DNA of 64,000 nucleotides, from positions 96,001-160,000 of the forward strand of contig JAGWLG010000002.1 of NCBI GenBank assembly GCA_028864975.1. Reading direction: 5' to 3'. Below are positions 18,330-28,294 of this stretch, in pieces (position 1 is the first letter of the stretch; the number at the start of each line of letters is the position of its first letter). Source of the stretch: Thermoplasmata archaeon (GTDB lineage Archaea > Thermoplasmatota > Thermoplasmata > Lutacidiplasmatales > UBA184). The translations under genes were made by a program, and so were the position numbers. Below the pieces are notes generated by a model. The model was not told where the DNA came from. It did not search any database and saw only the letters and a program-made list of their open reading frames with translations.

Positions 18330-20045
18330 ATGGAGGGCTCCGCCACGGTGGCCCCGCTCGGGCCCCCCCGCGAAGACCCGCCGGTCAAGCAGGACGGGGT
18401 CGCGGTCGTTCTCGGAGCCGGAAGCCCCTGGGGGGGCGTGCTCGCGGAAGCCCTCGCGCGCGAGAACTTCCTCCCCGTGCTCGTCGATGCGGCGGGAGAG
18501 GGCCTTGGGGCCGCTCGCGAACGCGTGCTCAGAACCGGGGCCAGCGCGGAAACGGTCTCCGCGGACCTTCGCGACCTGGAAGTTGTCCTGGCCCTGGGAC
18601 GGAAGTTGCCGACGGGACTCGGGACCCCCACGCTCTTGGTTCATGCGCTCCCCCCTCCCATCACCGGTCCCTTCCACGAACGCCGCTTTCCGGAGGTGGT
18701 CGAGGAGGTGCACCGTGGTTACTCCTCGCTGGTCGTGCTCGCGCGCGACCTGCTGCCGGCGATGATCGAGCGGCGGGAGGGCCGGATCATTGTCCTCGGG
18801 TCCGCAGCGGCCCGGGCGCCGCTCGCCAAGGCGGCGGTGCACTCGGCCCTCGCTGCCGCGCTCCCTGCGTTCCTGACGGCCCTGGACCGCGAGGTCCACC
18901 GGCAGGGCGTGCGGATCTCCTACCTGGAACCGGCCGGTTACCCCTCCCCACCCCTTCCGGCGGAGACGGCGACGGGGGAGGGGCTTCCGAACGAAGCGCA
19001 CCGACGCTTCCTCGTAAGCGACGCCGCCGTCGCGCGCGCTTTCCTTTCCACCCTCCGCTCGCCCTCGGTCCGACACCGGTCGTTCCACGGGCACGGACGC
19101 GCCCCGCCCTCACCGACGGTCCTCCGGCGCTACGTGGAACGCGAGCTCCACGGCCGCCACCCCGAGGAGCCGAGGGAGCGATGGGCACCCGTCGTCGTTT
19201 CCCCAGAGTCGCTGCGAGGCAGGACCGCCGTGGTCACGGGTTCTTCACGAGGCATCGGGCGCGCGATCGCGCTCCGTCTCGCTCAACATGGAATGAAAGT
19301 GGTCCTCACCGGTCGCGACAAGGGGGCTCTGGAGAAGGTCGCCAAGGAGGTCCACTCCCTGGGCGGGGGGGCCCACCCGTGGGTCCAGGACCTTCAGGAA
19401 CGCGGGGCCGCCGAGAAGCTGTTCCGTTTCACGATGGAGGCCGGGGGAGCTCCCTACCTCCTGGTCAACAATGCAGGCCTGGGCTTCTTCCGTCGCCTGG
19501 TCCGTCAGGACGATGCACAGCTCCGCACCCAGATCGAGGTCGACCTGCTCGCCGTCCTGGCCCTGAGCCACGCTTTCCTCCCCGCGATGCTCGAAGGAGG
19601 ATCGGGGCACCTCGTCGCCGTGGGGAGCCTATCGGCCGAGGCTCCCTTCCCTCGGCTCGCCCCCTACTCGGGGATCAAGGGGGCCGTGAAGGGCTTCTCC
19701 CTCGCCCTAGGGCGGGAGGTCGGCCATCGTGGCCTCAACTTCAGCGTGCTGGAGCCGACCACCGTGGACACCGACTTCATCGGGAGGGCTGGGGAGCCCG
19801 GGCGCCGCGACATGCGCGAGCGAGGGAGCCTCCGCCGGGTGATGATCGGTCCAGACGAGGTGGGGAGGGTCGCCGAACGGACCCTCCTGAGGCCTCGGCC
19901 GGTGGTGGTGGTCCCTCCTCGGATCCGACCGCTCATCTGGTTCTACCGCGGGCTGCTCCCCATCTCGGACCGGCTCCTCCGGCTCCCCCCGCCCTCCGCG
20001 GGCGGACCGAAGGGGGAGCACGGGAAGGCCTCGACGGGAGCGTGA
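18330..20045 (+). CDS. tandem short-chain dehydrogenase/reductase (two SDR domains)
   Basis: The C-terminal domain has TGSSRGIG, NNAG and YSGIK. The N-terminal domain has the Rossmann pattern VVLGAGSPWGG but HSALAA in place of YxxxK. Confidence 0.8.
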   Translation: MEGSATVAPLGPPREDPPVKQDGVAVVLGAGSPWGGVLAEALARENFLPVLVDAAGEGLGAARERVLRTGASAETVSADLRDLEVVLALGRKLPTGLGTPTLLVHALPPPITGPFHERRFPEVVEEVHRGYSSLVVLARDLLPAMIERREGRIIVLGSAAARAPLAKAAVHSALAAALPAFLTALDREVHRQGVRISYLEPAGYPSPPLPAETATGEGLPNEAHRRFLVSDAAVARAFLSTLRSPSVRHRSFHGHGRAPPSPTVLRRYVERELHGRHPEEPRERWAPVVVSPESLRGRTAVVTGSSRGIGRAIALRLAQHGMKVVLTGRDKGALEKVAKEVHSLGGGAHPWVQDLQERGAAEKLFRFTMEAGGAPYLLVNNAGLGFFRRLVRQDDAQLRTQIEVDLLAVLALSHAFLPAMLEGGSGHLVAVGSLSAEAPFPRLAPYSGIKGAVKGFSLALGREVGHRGLNFSVLEPTTVDTDFIGRAGEPGRRDMRERGSLRRVMIGPDEVGRVAERTLLRPRPVVVVPPRIRPLIWFYRGLLPISDRLLRLPPPSAGGPKGEHGKASTGA

Positions 20046-20076
20046 GGCTCGTAGGGCGAGGACGCCAGGTCCTCGC

Positions 20077-21657
20077 TCAGTGGCGGAAGACCCGCCACCC
20101 GGTGAAGTACATGGCGATCCCGTGCCGGTCCGCCATCTCGATCACCTCGCGATCTCGGATGGAGCCTCCGGGTTGCAGGATGACCTTCACTCCCGCCTTG
20201 CCCGCCTCCTCGATGCCGTCGGCGAAGGGGAAGTAGGCGTCGGAGGCAAGGACCGACCCTTGCGCCCGGGGCCCCGCGACCTCGAGGGCGAGACGCACCG
20301 CGCCCACCCGACTGGTCTGGCCGCCCCCGATTCCGACGGTCTCCGAGCCGCGGGCAAGGACGACGGCGTTGCTCTTGGCGTGGCGGACCACGCGCCAGGC
20401 GAAGTCCGCGGTCCGGAGCTCCTGCGCCGAGGCTCGGCCCTTGGTGACGGGCCGGAGGTCCTCGGCCTTGAGCGTCCGCTGGTCGGAGGCCTGGAGCAGG
20501 ACCCTCCCCGTGGCGGTCCGCGCTTCCCACCTCGGGAGCTTCGGGTCGGGAGGGGCGACCTGGATGAGCTTGAGCTTCGGCCGCTTCGAGAGCCTCTCCT
20601 GGACCTGGGGGGGGAAGTCCGGCCCTGCCAGGAGGTCGATGAACGTCCCCTTCATCGCATCCACGGCCGCGACGTTGAGCGGCGCGTTGACCGCGATCCC
20701 GCACCCGTAGCGAGCCACCGGGTCCGTGGCGAGGGCCCGTGCGCAGGCGTCCTCGATGGTGGGGGCGCTCGCCGCCCCGCAAGGGGTCGCGTGCTTGACG
20801 ACGACCGCTGCAGGTCGGTCCAACTCGCTCACGAGCGCGAGGCTTCGTTCCAGGTCGAGGTAGTTGTTGTAGGAGAGGGCCTCCCCTTTGAGGACCTCGA
20901 TCGGCCAGGGTCGAAGCAAGGTCCCCGGAGGGCCCGCGACCGCCATGACCTGGGAGGGTTGGTGGGGGTTCTCCCCGTATCGAAGGGTCTCGCCCGTCGG
21001 GGTGAGAGCGATGAAGGCCGAAGAGATCCGGGCCGCCTCCGGAGCGGCCGATCCGTTCGAGAGCCAGGAGGTGACCGCTATGTCGTGGAGCGCGGTGGTC
21101 CGGAACGACTTCGCGGCGAGCCGTGCCCGGGTCGCGAGGGAGATCCCTCCACGTGCCGAGAGTTCCTCGAGGAGGGACTCGGTGTCGCCGGGGTCCGAGA
21201 ACGGGACCACCCATCGGTGGTTCTTCGCGGCCGCCCTCAGGAGCGAGGGCCCGCCCACGTCGATCCACTCGAGGAGCGTCTCGGGAGGAAGGGTCCCCTT
21301 CGCCAGTTCCGATTCGAACGGGTAGAACAGGACGGCGACCAGGTCGAAGGGCAGGACCTTCCGCTGCTCAAGCTCCTTTACACCCTCCGCGGTCCGCGGA
21401 GCAAGGATCCCACCGAAGAGCGCGGGGTGCAGGGTGGCGACACGGTGCTCGAACCAACTTGAGATCCCGGTGATCTCTTCGGTGGGGTGGACCTGAAGTC
21501 CCTCGGCGGAGAGCCGTTTCTGGGTCCCGGAGCTCCCCCAAAGCTCGACCCCCTGGGACGCGAGCCCCTGGGCGAGCGGGAGCAGCGCGAGCGGGTCGAA
21601 GGCGGAGAGCAGAGCGCGACGCGGGACCACGAGCGCGTCTTCGGTGTCGGACCCCAA
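20077..21657 (-). CDS. purH: bifunctional AICAR transformylase/IMP cyclohydrolase
   Basis: IDVGGPSLLRAAAKNH, LRYGENPHQ, LSYNNYLD, KHATPCG, KSNAVV and SDAYFPFADG. TTG start, with TTTTATT about 35 nt upstream. Confidence 0.93.
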   Translation of the reverse strand: MGSDTEDALVVPRRALLSAFDPLALLPLAQGLASQGVELWGSSGTQKRLSAEGLQVHPTEEITGISSWFEHRVATLHPALFGGILAPRTAEGVKELEQRKVLPFDLVAVLFYPFESELAKGTLPPETLLEWIDVGGPSLLRAAAKNHRWVVPFSDPGDTESLLEELSARGGISLATRARLAAKSFRTTALHDIAVTSWLSNGSAAPEAARISSAFIALTPTGETLRYGENPHQPSQVMAVAGPPGTLLRPWPIEVLKGEALSYNNYLDLERSLALVSELDRPAAVVVKHATPCGAASAPTIEDACARALATDPVARYGCGIAVNAPLNVAAVDAMKGTFIDLLAGPDFPPQVQERLSKRPKLKLIQVAPPDPKLPRWEARTATGRVLLQASDQRTLKAEDLRPVTKGRASAQELRTADFAWRVVRHAKSNAVVLARGSETVGIGGGQTSRVGAVRLALEVAGPRAQGSVLASDAYFPFADGIEEAGKAGVKVILQPGGSIRDREVIEMADRHGIAMYFTGWRVFRH

Positions 21658-21699
21658 CGCCTCTTACCCCGACGTAAGTCGTACCCGGGGGAATAAAAT

Positions 21700-22164
21700 C
21701 TACGGAAGGGGCTTCAGCCCGCCTTTCGCTCTCCAGGCCGTGGGTCGGAGGTGGGGACCCGCGAGCCAGCGTTTCGCGTCCTTGAGGGTGCCCCAGGTAC
21801 GGCACGTTCTCACGGCGAGCCCGCGCCCCAGGGCCCCCGAAGGTCCCGTCAGCGGACCGTTCCACGCCGCCCGCGCCGCAGGTAGGTCCTCGTGCGCGAC
21901 TTCGACGATCGCGCGGGAACGCTCGGTGCGAATGACGCGGACCCAAGGAAGGGGAGCGGAAGGGGGACGGCGGGCCCCTCCCCCGAATCGAAGTGCCAGA
22001 AGACGGGCGAGCTCTCGAGTGGAGGGGGGTTCTCCCCCCTCCACCTCGATCCCGACATAGCGGGAACGGGTTGGACGTGGCGAAGCGGGCGGTGCACGCG
22101 AGGGGTCGCGATCAGCTGACCTGGTCGATGCCCCCGGAGGTCTCGCCCTGGGCGTAGCCACCAC
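21700..22164 (-). CDS. rnp2: ribonuclease P protein component, Pop5/Rpp14 family (divergent)
   Basis: RSRYVGIEV ... RAIVEVAH ... VRTCRTWGTLKDAKRWL matches the family's RY...SGT(L/I) pattern. The GTG start overlaps the ftsZ 3' end. Confidence 0.7.
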   Translation of the reverse strand: MVATPRARPPGASTRSADRDPSRAPPASPRPTRSRYVGIEVEGGEPPSTRELARLLALRFGGGARRPPSAPLPWVRVIRTERSRAIVEVAHEDLPAARAAWNGPLTGPSGALGRGLAVRTCRTWGTLKDAKRWLAGPHLRPTAWRAKGGLKPLP

Positions 22165-23254
22165 GGTTCCCCAGCAGGCTCGCGGCCTTCACGCCCGTGA
22201 TGATGAGGAGCACCTTGATGGTGTTCTCCAGCTCGGGCGAGGTGTCGATCGTGCATCCCCAGATGATCCTGGCGCGCTTGGAGATCTTGGAGCCTACGAG
22301 GGCCGCCGCCTTCTCCGCCTCGCTCACGGTCATGCTGGGTCCGCCGACGACGCGGACCAGGGCGCCGGTCGCGTCCTTGAGGTCGACATCGCCCAGGAGC
22401 GGCGAGGTGAGGGCCTCGGTGACCGCCTCGGTCACCCGGTCCGTCGCGCTCTCGCTCTCCCCGAGCCCGATCAACGCGACCCCGCCATCCTTCATGATGG
22501 TCAGGAGGTCCGCGTAGTCCAGGTTCACGAGGCCGGGCCGGGTCACGATCTCCGTGATCCCCTTGATGGCGGTCATCAGGACCGCGTCGGCGAGCTTGAA
22601 CGCCGCGTCCAAGGGCATCCGGGGGACGAGCTCCAAGAGCTTGTCGTTCTGGATGACGATGGTCGTGTCGCACACCCGGCGCAGGCGCTCGAGCCCGTCG
22701 CGGGCCTGCTCCATCCGGACCGCGCCTTCGGCCGAGAACGGCAGGGTCGTGACCCCCATGGTGAGGGCCCCCAGCTCCTTCGAGATGCGGCCGACCACGT
22801 GGGCCGAGCCCGTCCCCGTCCCTCCGCCCATTCCGGCGGTGACGAAGACGATGTGGGCCCCCTGCAGGAAGTTGCGGAGGTCCTCCTCGTTCTCGCGAGC
22901 GGCCTCCTCTCCCACCTCGGGTCGGGCCCCGGCGCCCAGGCCCTTCGTGGCCCGGCGGCCGATCAAGACCTTGCGGGGGGCATGGATGGTCAAGAGGTGC
23001 TTGGCATCCGTGTTGATGGCGCACATCTCCGCGCCCTGGATACCTTCCTCGACACAGCGGTTGATGGTGTTCGACCCACCGCCGCCGCAGCCGACGATGC
23101 GGATGTTGACCTTGAGCTGCTCGGCGAGCTTGGCAAGCTCCTCGTCGTCCGCGCTCACGGGGGTATGCGCCGGAGAGGGGCTCGCCGCCTGTCGCTCTTC
23201 GTTGGCCTTCGTTTCTTGGTGCTTCGCAATCGCTTCTTGGATGATGGACTTCAT
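22112..23254 (-). CDS. ftsZ: cell division protein FtsZ
   Basis: VGCGGGGSN, INTD, AGMGGGTGTG and GLVNLDYAD. Confidence 0.97.
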   Translation of the reverse strand: MKSIIQEAIAKHQETKANEERQAASPSPAHTPVSADDEELAKLAEQLKVNIRIVGCGGGGSNTINRCVEEGIQGAEMCAINTDAKHLLTIHAPRKVLIGRRATKGLGAGARPEVGEEAARENEEDLRNFLQGAHIVFVTAGMGGGTGTGSAHVVGRISKELGALTMGVTTLPFSAEGAVRMEQARDGLERLRRVCDTTIVIQNDKLLELVPRMPLDAAFKLADAVLMTAIKGITEIVTRPGLVNLDYADLLTIMKDGGVALIGLGESESATDRVTEAVTEALTSPLLGDVDLKDATGALVRVVGGPSMTVSEAEKAAALVGSKISKRARIIWGCTIDTSPELENTIKVLLIITGVKAASLLGNRGGYAQGETSGGIDQVS

Positions 23255-23275
23255 GCTCTCGCCCCGATTGGATTT

Positions 23276-23305
23276 GTCTGCCGAGCGTCAGACGCTCGCG
23301 CAGAC
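23276..23305. other. 13-bp hairpin between the membrane-protein gene and ftsZ
   Basis: GTCTGC-CGAGCGT-cag-ACGCTCG-c-GCAGAC, 21 nt upstream of the ftsZ ATG. Confidence 0.45.
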
Positions 23306-23319
23306 TATTCCCAGGTTCT

Positions 23320-24624
23320 CTATTTAGACGTTGCGCTCGAGCTGTCGATTTCTACGTCTGGGGGTTTCGTCTTCCCTTCGTCTGACGATTCTCCCTCTTC
23401 TAGCCTTCCCTCCACCGTCAGCGCGGTGGCGCTCTTCGAAGGCGTTCCATCTCCCTCGCCCTCGAGGGGTAGAGGGCTCTCCACCTTTTCGGGAGGTCCG
23501 GTTCCAGTCGCAGGCACGGGGGGCGTTTCCGGCGAGAGCGGGGGTCCTCCCTCCGGGGAGGGGGGAGGAGGGCGTGGCATCCGGGTCACGACCCAAAGGG
23601 TGGTCCCAACGATCACGAGAATGAACCCGGTCCAGCCGGACGGGACCGTGGCCGCGCCGAGGGCCACCGTGCCCGCAGGGATGTCCCCGGAGGTGTAGTT
23701 GACCCAGACCGAGGCAGGGCCGCTCGAGGTGCCCGGGTACGTGATCCAGACGATGAAGACCCCTCCACCGTTCTGGAGCGAGAAGGGAAGGAAACCGGGG
23801 ACCTGGGCGCTTCCCGCCAGCACGCTCGCGCTCACGGGATTCCCGTTGTGGTCCAGATACGTGGCCGCGACCCCCGCCGTCGAGTTCGAGGCGGCGATCA
23901 GGAGGTAGAGCTCGTCCCCGGGGGCTCCGGTCGTCGTGAAGTTGTACGACCCCCCCGGGGCGAGCACCTCGGTGTGGTCGAGCTTGACCCCTGCTATGGG
24001 GGCGACGGCAGGGGAGCCGTTGTATGAGACGTAGAGCCCAAAGGCCAGCAGCAGCAGCACGATGCCCAGAAGGCTGGCGTTCCGGCTCCAACGGTGCACT
24101 CGACGCAGCCGACGCTTGCGCTTCTCGGCGGCGGGGTGGCCCACCATCAGGAAAAGGACGAGGGCGATCACCGCCCCTCCCAGCGTCGTAGGGGAGGTGA
24201 GTCCCACCGCTCCGCCTACGAAGTACGCGGTGAAACCGCCCGCCGCCGTCAGGAGCAGGAGCGGGGAGGTGCGCATGGTGCGCCGCTCGAGCCCCGCGAC
24301 GAAGAGGAGGAGGGGGGGGACCTCGAGGATGCCCGCGATCAAGGAGGTCGCGCCGGCGATGGGAAGCGCGGACCCGAGCCGCCAAAGTCGCGCCCCGGTG
24401 CCGAGGAAGAGCGCCAGGGAGAGGGCGAACGCGACGATGACCGCGATGCGACGCGGTTGGACCCACTCCTCCCCCTGCGGGCGCCGCTCGGCAGGGGGCG
24501 CTCTTGCCTCCGCCGCCGAAGACGCCGAGGCCTGGGCGGCGTCGAGCGGGGATGCCCGGTCCGCCTCGGAAGCGGCGGGCGGACCGCCGAGGCTTTCCCC
24601 CTCGGATGGGATCGCTTCGGTCAT
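23320..24624 (-). CDS. hypothetical multi-pass membrane protein with extracellular beta-rich domain
   Basis: About 6 TM helices, a T/G/N-rich segment, a final TM helix and an acidic Pro-rich tail. Confidence 0.7.
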   Translation of the reverse strand: MTEAIPSEGESLGGPPAASEADRASPLDAAQASASSAAEARAPPAERRPQGEEWVQPRRIAVIVAFALSLALFLGTGARLWRLGSALPIAGATSLIAGILEVPPLLLFVAGLERRTMRTSPLLLLTAAGGFTAYFVGGAVGLTSPTTLGGAVIALVLFLMVGHPAAEKRKRRLRRVHRWSRNASLLGIVLLLLAFGLYVSYNGSPAVAPIAGVKLDHTEVLAPGGSYNFTTTGAPGDELYLLIAASNSTAGVAATYLDHNGNPVSASVLAGSAQVPGFLPFSLQNGGGVFIVWITYPGTSSGPASVWVNYTSGDIPAGTVALGAATVPSGWTGFILVIVGTTLWVVTRMPRPPPPSPEGGPPLSPETPPVPATGTGPPEKVESPLPLEGEGDGTPSKSATALTVEGRLEEGESSDEGKTKPPDVEIDSSSATSK

Positions 24625-24778
24625 CGTGCCCTGCCCCTCGTGCAGCGCCGAAGGGGAGGCGGGCTTACGCCTTGCGTGTCGCTCTCACGGACCCATGGTC
24701 GGTCTTCCGGCGACGGTGACGGAGCCCGACGCTCGGCCTTTATGCTCGCGCCAGCGGTGGAGAGCCTGAGGCCGCGGC

Positions 24779-27700
24779 TTGGAAGAATACTTCCGTCACC
24801 TCGACGAGGAGGTCACCCGTGCCTACGAGGTGGCCACGCGGGCCCGCGCCCTCGGGATCGACCCCGAGCCGCGGGTGGAGATCCCCCGGGCGCAGGACCT
24901 CGCCTCTCGGGTCGAGAAGCTCCTCGCGAAATGGCCGGTCTCGGGGGTCGCGGTCCGCATCCGCGAGCTCTCCGCCCAGACCCCGAAGATCTCCCGGGAG
25001 GAGGTCGCGATCACCCTGGCGCAGGAGATGGCCGGGGACGCCTCGCGCGGAAGCGTCGCCGAACGTCTCGAGGTCTCCCTGCGCGTCGGGCTCGCCATCC
25101 TGACGGAAGGGATCGTCGTGGCCCCGCTCGAAGGGCTTGTCAAGGTCGAGGTCCACCCCGATCCCCAGGGAGACTACGTTGACCTCTACTACGCGGGCCC
25201 AATCCGCGCCGCTGGGGGGGGCGCTCAGGCGGTCTCGGTCCTCCTCGCGGACGTGGTCCGCGAGAAGCTCGGGCTCTCGCGTTGGCATGCGACGGAGCAG
25301 GAGATCTCCCGCTACTGCGAGGAGTTGCCGCTCTACAAGCACCTCCAACATCTGCAGTACTCCCCCTCGGTGGAGGAGATCCGGACCGTCGTCTCCCGGC
25401 TCCCGGTCTGTATCGACGGGGAAGCGACCGAAGGCGACCAGGAGGTCAGCGCCTTCCGCAACGTCCCCCGCGTGGGCACGAACGGCGTGCGGGGCGGGGC
25501 TTGCCTGGTGATCGCCGAGGGGCTCTGTCTCAAGGCCCCCAAAGTGAGAAAGATCGTGGACAACCTCCGAAAGAAGGGGCTCTCCCTCTCGGACTGGGAC
25601 TTCCTCGACAAGGTGGGCCTGAAGGGGGCGAAGGAGGACGACGAAGGGAAGGGTTCCTTGCCCAAGTACCTCGCCGAAGCGGTGGGCGGACGCCCGGTCC
25701 TGGCCTACCCGCACCGTCCCGGGGGGTTCCGGCTCGTCTACGGACGCTGCCGGACCACCGGCCTCGCCTCCTGTGGCGTGAACCCCGCCACGATGGTCCT
25801 GCTGAGACACTTCGTCGCGATCGGCACCCAGGTGAAGACGGAGCTGCCGGGAAAGGCCGCGGCGATCTCCCTCTGCGACACGGTCGAGGGGCCGCTCGTC
25901 CTGCTTCGCGACGGCACTTACCTCCAGGTGAACGACGCCGAGCGGGCGAAGGAGGTCCTCCCAGAGGTGGACAGGATCCTCGACCTGGGTGAGCTCCTGG
26001 TCTCCTTCGGGGAGTTCCTCGAGAACAATCGCCCCCTCGCACCGGGCGGCTACTCCCTCGCCTGGCACTTGGAGGTGCTACGGGCGAAGGGGGCGACCCT
26101 CGACCGCCGTGCCCTCGCGCCCACCTTCCCCGAAGCGCTCGAGGACGCGAAGCAGCTCCAAGTTCCCCTTCACCCTCGGTTCAATCTCTTCTGGCACGAC
26201 CTCTCAGCGGAAGCGCTTCGGGCGCTCTCCCGCCGGGTGGAGGACCAGAGCGCCTGGTCCGGGGGTACCCTCCACCTCCCGATGGACCCCTCGTTGAGGG
26301 AGGAGCTTCTGGTCTTGGGCCTCCCTCATCACGTCGAGGGGGGCTCGCTCGTCCTCGACCCCGAGCGGGCCCCCGCTTTCCTCCTGGGCCTCGGGCTGGA
26401 GGTCGTCCCCTCGAACGGCGAGCTGCACCGGCGAGCCCCCCTGGAAGGAGGGGCGGCCGACACCATGGCCGAGGTCGTCCGGCTCTCGGGGGTCGCGTGG
26501 AAGCCCCGAGCTCCCACCCGTATCGGTGCCCGCGTAGGAAGACCGGAGAAGGCCTACCAACGGGTCATGTCGCCGAACGTGCACGTTCTCTTCCCTGTGG
26601 GGGAAGCGGGAGGTGCCAAACGATCGGTCCTGGCGGCGGCGGACCGGGCTCGTGAGGCTGCGCGTCCGAGCTACCCTCGCAACCACCCTTCGCGCCCTTC
26701 GTCCGCCGCCTCCCCGCCCGCACCCCCGCCCTCCCTCTCTGTCGCGCTGGGGATCCGGCGTTGTGAGCAATGTGGTCAGGAGGTCATCTCCAACCGTTGC
26801 GCGTGCGGGGGACACACCCGGCCGACGGAGCGCTCGGTCGCCGAGCCCGTACCTTTCCATGAGCTCTGGGAGCGTTCCCTGCGCGCTCTAGGGTTCTCGA
26901 AGTTCCCGCGGGACGTCAAGGGGGTCAAGGGCCTCATGTCGGAGAGCAAGACCCCGGAACCGCTCGAGAAGGGGGTCCTCCGGGCCCTCCACAACATTTC
27001 CGTCTACCAGGATGGAACGACACGGTTCGACCTCACGGACCTTCCGCTGACGCACTTCCGTCCCTGCGAAGTGGGGCTCCCGTTGGCGAAGGCCCATGCG
27101 CTCGGCTACACCCACGACTGGACCGGTGCGCCCCTGGAGCGGGTGGACCAGCTCCTGGAGGTCCTTCCGCACGACATCATCGTCGCGAAGAGCTGCGGCG
27201 ACTATCTGCTCGCCCTTTCGCACTTCCTGGACGACGAGCTCCACCTCCTCTACGGGATGGACCCCTACTACCGGGGCCAGAACCGCTACGACCTCCTGGG
27301 GAGCCTCGTGATCGCCCTCGCACCGCACACGTCGGGCGGCGTGTTGGGCCGGCTCATCGGGTTCACCGACGTCGAGGGATGCTTCGCCCATCCGGTCTTC
27401 CACGCCGCGAAGCGAAGGAACTGCGACGGGGACGAGGACTCGGTCACGCTCTTGCTCGACGGTCTCCTCAACTTCTCCTTCGCCTACCTTCCCGTCAAGC
27501 GGGGGGCGCTCATGGACAAGCCCCTCGTGCTCACGACCCGGCTCGACTCCCGGGAAGTGGACAAGGAGGCGCAGAACGTCGACGTGGCCTGTTCCTACCC
27601 GCTCGCGCTCTACGAGGCCGCCGAGCAAGGCGCCTCCCCCAAGGCCGTCGAGTCGCTCATCGACACGCTGGGAAAGCGCCTGGAGAAGGGCCCGTTGCAG

Positions 27701-28273
27701 TTCTCCCGGATGGGGTTCACGCACGACACCGCGGACATCGGGGCAGGACCCCGCCAGTCCGCTTACCGCGAGGCCCGAGGGATGGAGCGCACCGTGGAGG
27801 AGACCCTCCTCTTGGGCGCCCAGCTACGGGCGGTGGACGTGTCGGACGCGGTGGGGCTCCTGCTCAACCACCACTTCCTCCCCGACATCATGGGCAACAT
27901 GAAGAGCTACGCCACGCAGAGGTTCCGCTGCAAGGTCTGCGGAAGCTCTCTTCGCCGCCCCGCCTTGGATGGGCGCTGCCCGGAGCTGAGAGGGAAAGCC
28001 CGGTGCGGTGGTGAGCTCCTTCCGACGGTCTACCCCAGCAACGTCACCAAGTACCTGGGACTCTCCCGCGACCTCGCCAAGCGCTACGGGGTCTCGCCCT
28101 ATCTCCGCCAGCGGGTCGAGATCCTCGAGTCCTCCTTCGCGAGCCTGTTCCCCACCTCTCCGGGGGCGGTGGGGCTGGAGGAATTCCACGCCCCCGACCG
28201 GCCGACCCCGCCCCCTCCCCCGGAAGAGGAGCCCCCGTCGGAGCCTCCTCCCCCCTCCGCGCCAGCGGCGTGA
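24779..28273 (+). CDS. polC: DNA polymerase II (PolD) large subunit DP2
   Basis: YYAGPIRAAGG, GFRLVYGRCRTTG, PTRIGARVGRPEKA, catalytic KRRNCDGDEDS and Zn-binding Cys clusters. No intein. TTG start. Confidence 0.97.
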   Translation: MEEYFRHLDEEVTRAYEVATRARALGIDPEPRVEIPRAQDLASRVEKLLAKWPVSGVAVRIRELSAQTPKISREEVAITLAQEMAGDASRGSVAERLEVSLRVGLAILTEGIVVAPLEGLVKVEVHPDPQGDYVDLYYAGPIRAAGGGAQAVSVLLADVVREKLGLSRWHATEQEISRYCEELPLYKHLQHLQYSPSVEEIRTVVSRLPVCIDGEATEGDQEVSAFRNVPRVGTNGVRGGACLVIAEGLCLKAPKVRKIVDNLRKKGLSLSDWDFLDKVGLKGAKEDDEGKGSLPKYLAEAVGGRPVLAYPHRPGGFRLVYGRCRTTGLASCGVNPATMVLLRHFVAIGTQVKTELPGKAAAISLCDTVEGPLVLLRDGTYLQVNDAERAKEVLPEVDRILDLGELLVSFGEFLENNRPLAPGGYSLAWHLEVLRAKGATLDRRALAPTFPEALEDAKQLQVPLHPRFNLFWHDLSAEALRALSRRVEDQSAWSGGTLHLPMDPSLREELLVLGLPHHVEGGSLVLDPERAPAFLLGLGLEVVPSNGELHRRAPLEGGAADTMAEVVRLSGVAWKPRAPTRIGARVGRPEKAYQRVMSPNVHVLFPVGEAGGAKRSVLAAADRAREAARPSYPRNHPSRPSSAASPPAPPPSLSVALGIRRCEQCGQEVISNRCACGGHTRPTERSVAEPVPFHELWERSLRALGFSKFPRDVKGVKGLMSESKTPEPLEKGVLRALHNISVYQDGTTRFDLTDLPLTHFRPCEVGLPLAKAHALGYTHDWTGAPLERVDQLLEVLPHDIIVAKSCGDYLLALSHFLDDELHLLYGMDPYYRGQNRYDLLGSLVIALAPHTSGGVLGRLIGFTDVEGCFAHPVFHAAKRRNCDGDEDSVTLLLDGLLNFSFAYLPVKRGALMDKPLVLTTRLDSREVDKEAQNVDVACSYPLALYEAAEQGASPKAVESLIDTLGKRLEKGPLQFSRMGFTHDTADIGAGPRQSAYREARGMERTVEETLLLGAQLRAVDVSDAVGLLLNHHFLPDIMGNMKSYATQRFRCKVCGSSLRRPALDGRCPELRGKARCGGELLPTVYPSNVTKYLGLSRDLAKRYGVSPYLRQRVEILESSFASLFPTSPGAVGLEEFHAPDRPTPPPPPEEEPPSEPPPPSAPAA

Positions 28274-28294
28274 GGGCAGGGCGCCCACCCCAGC

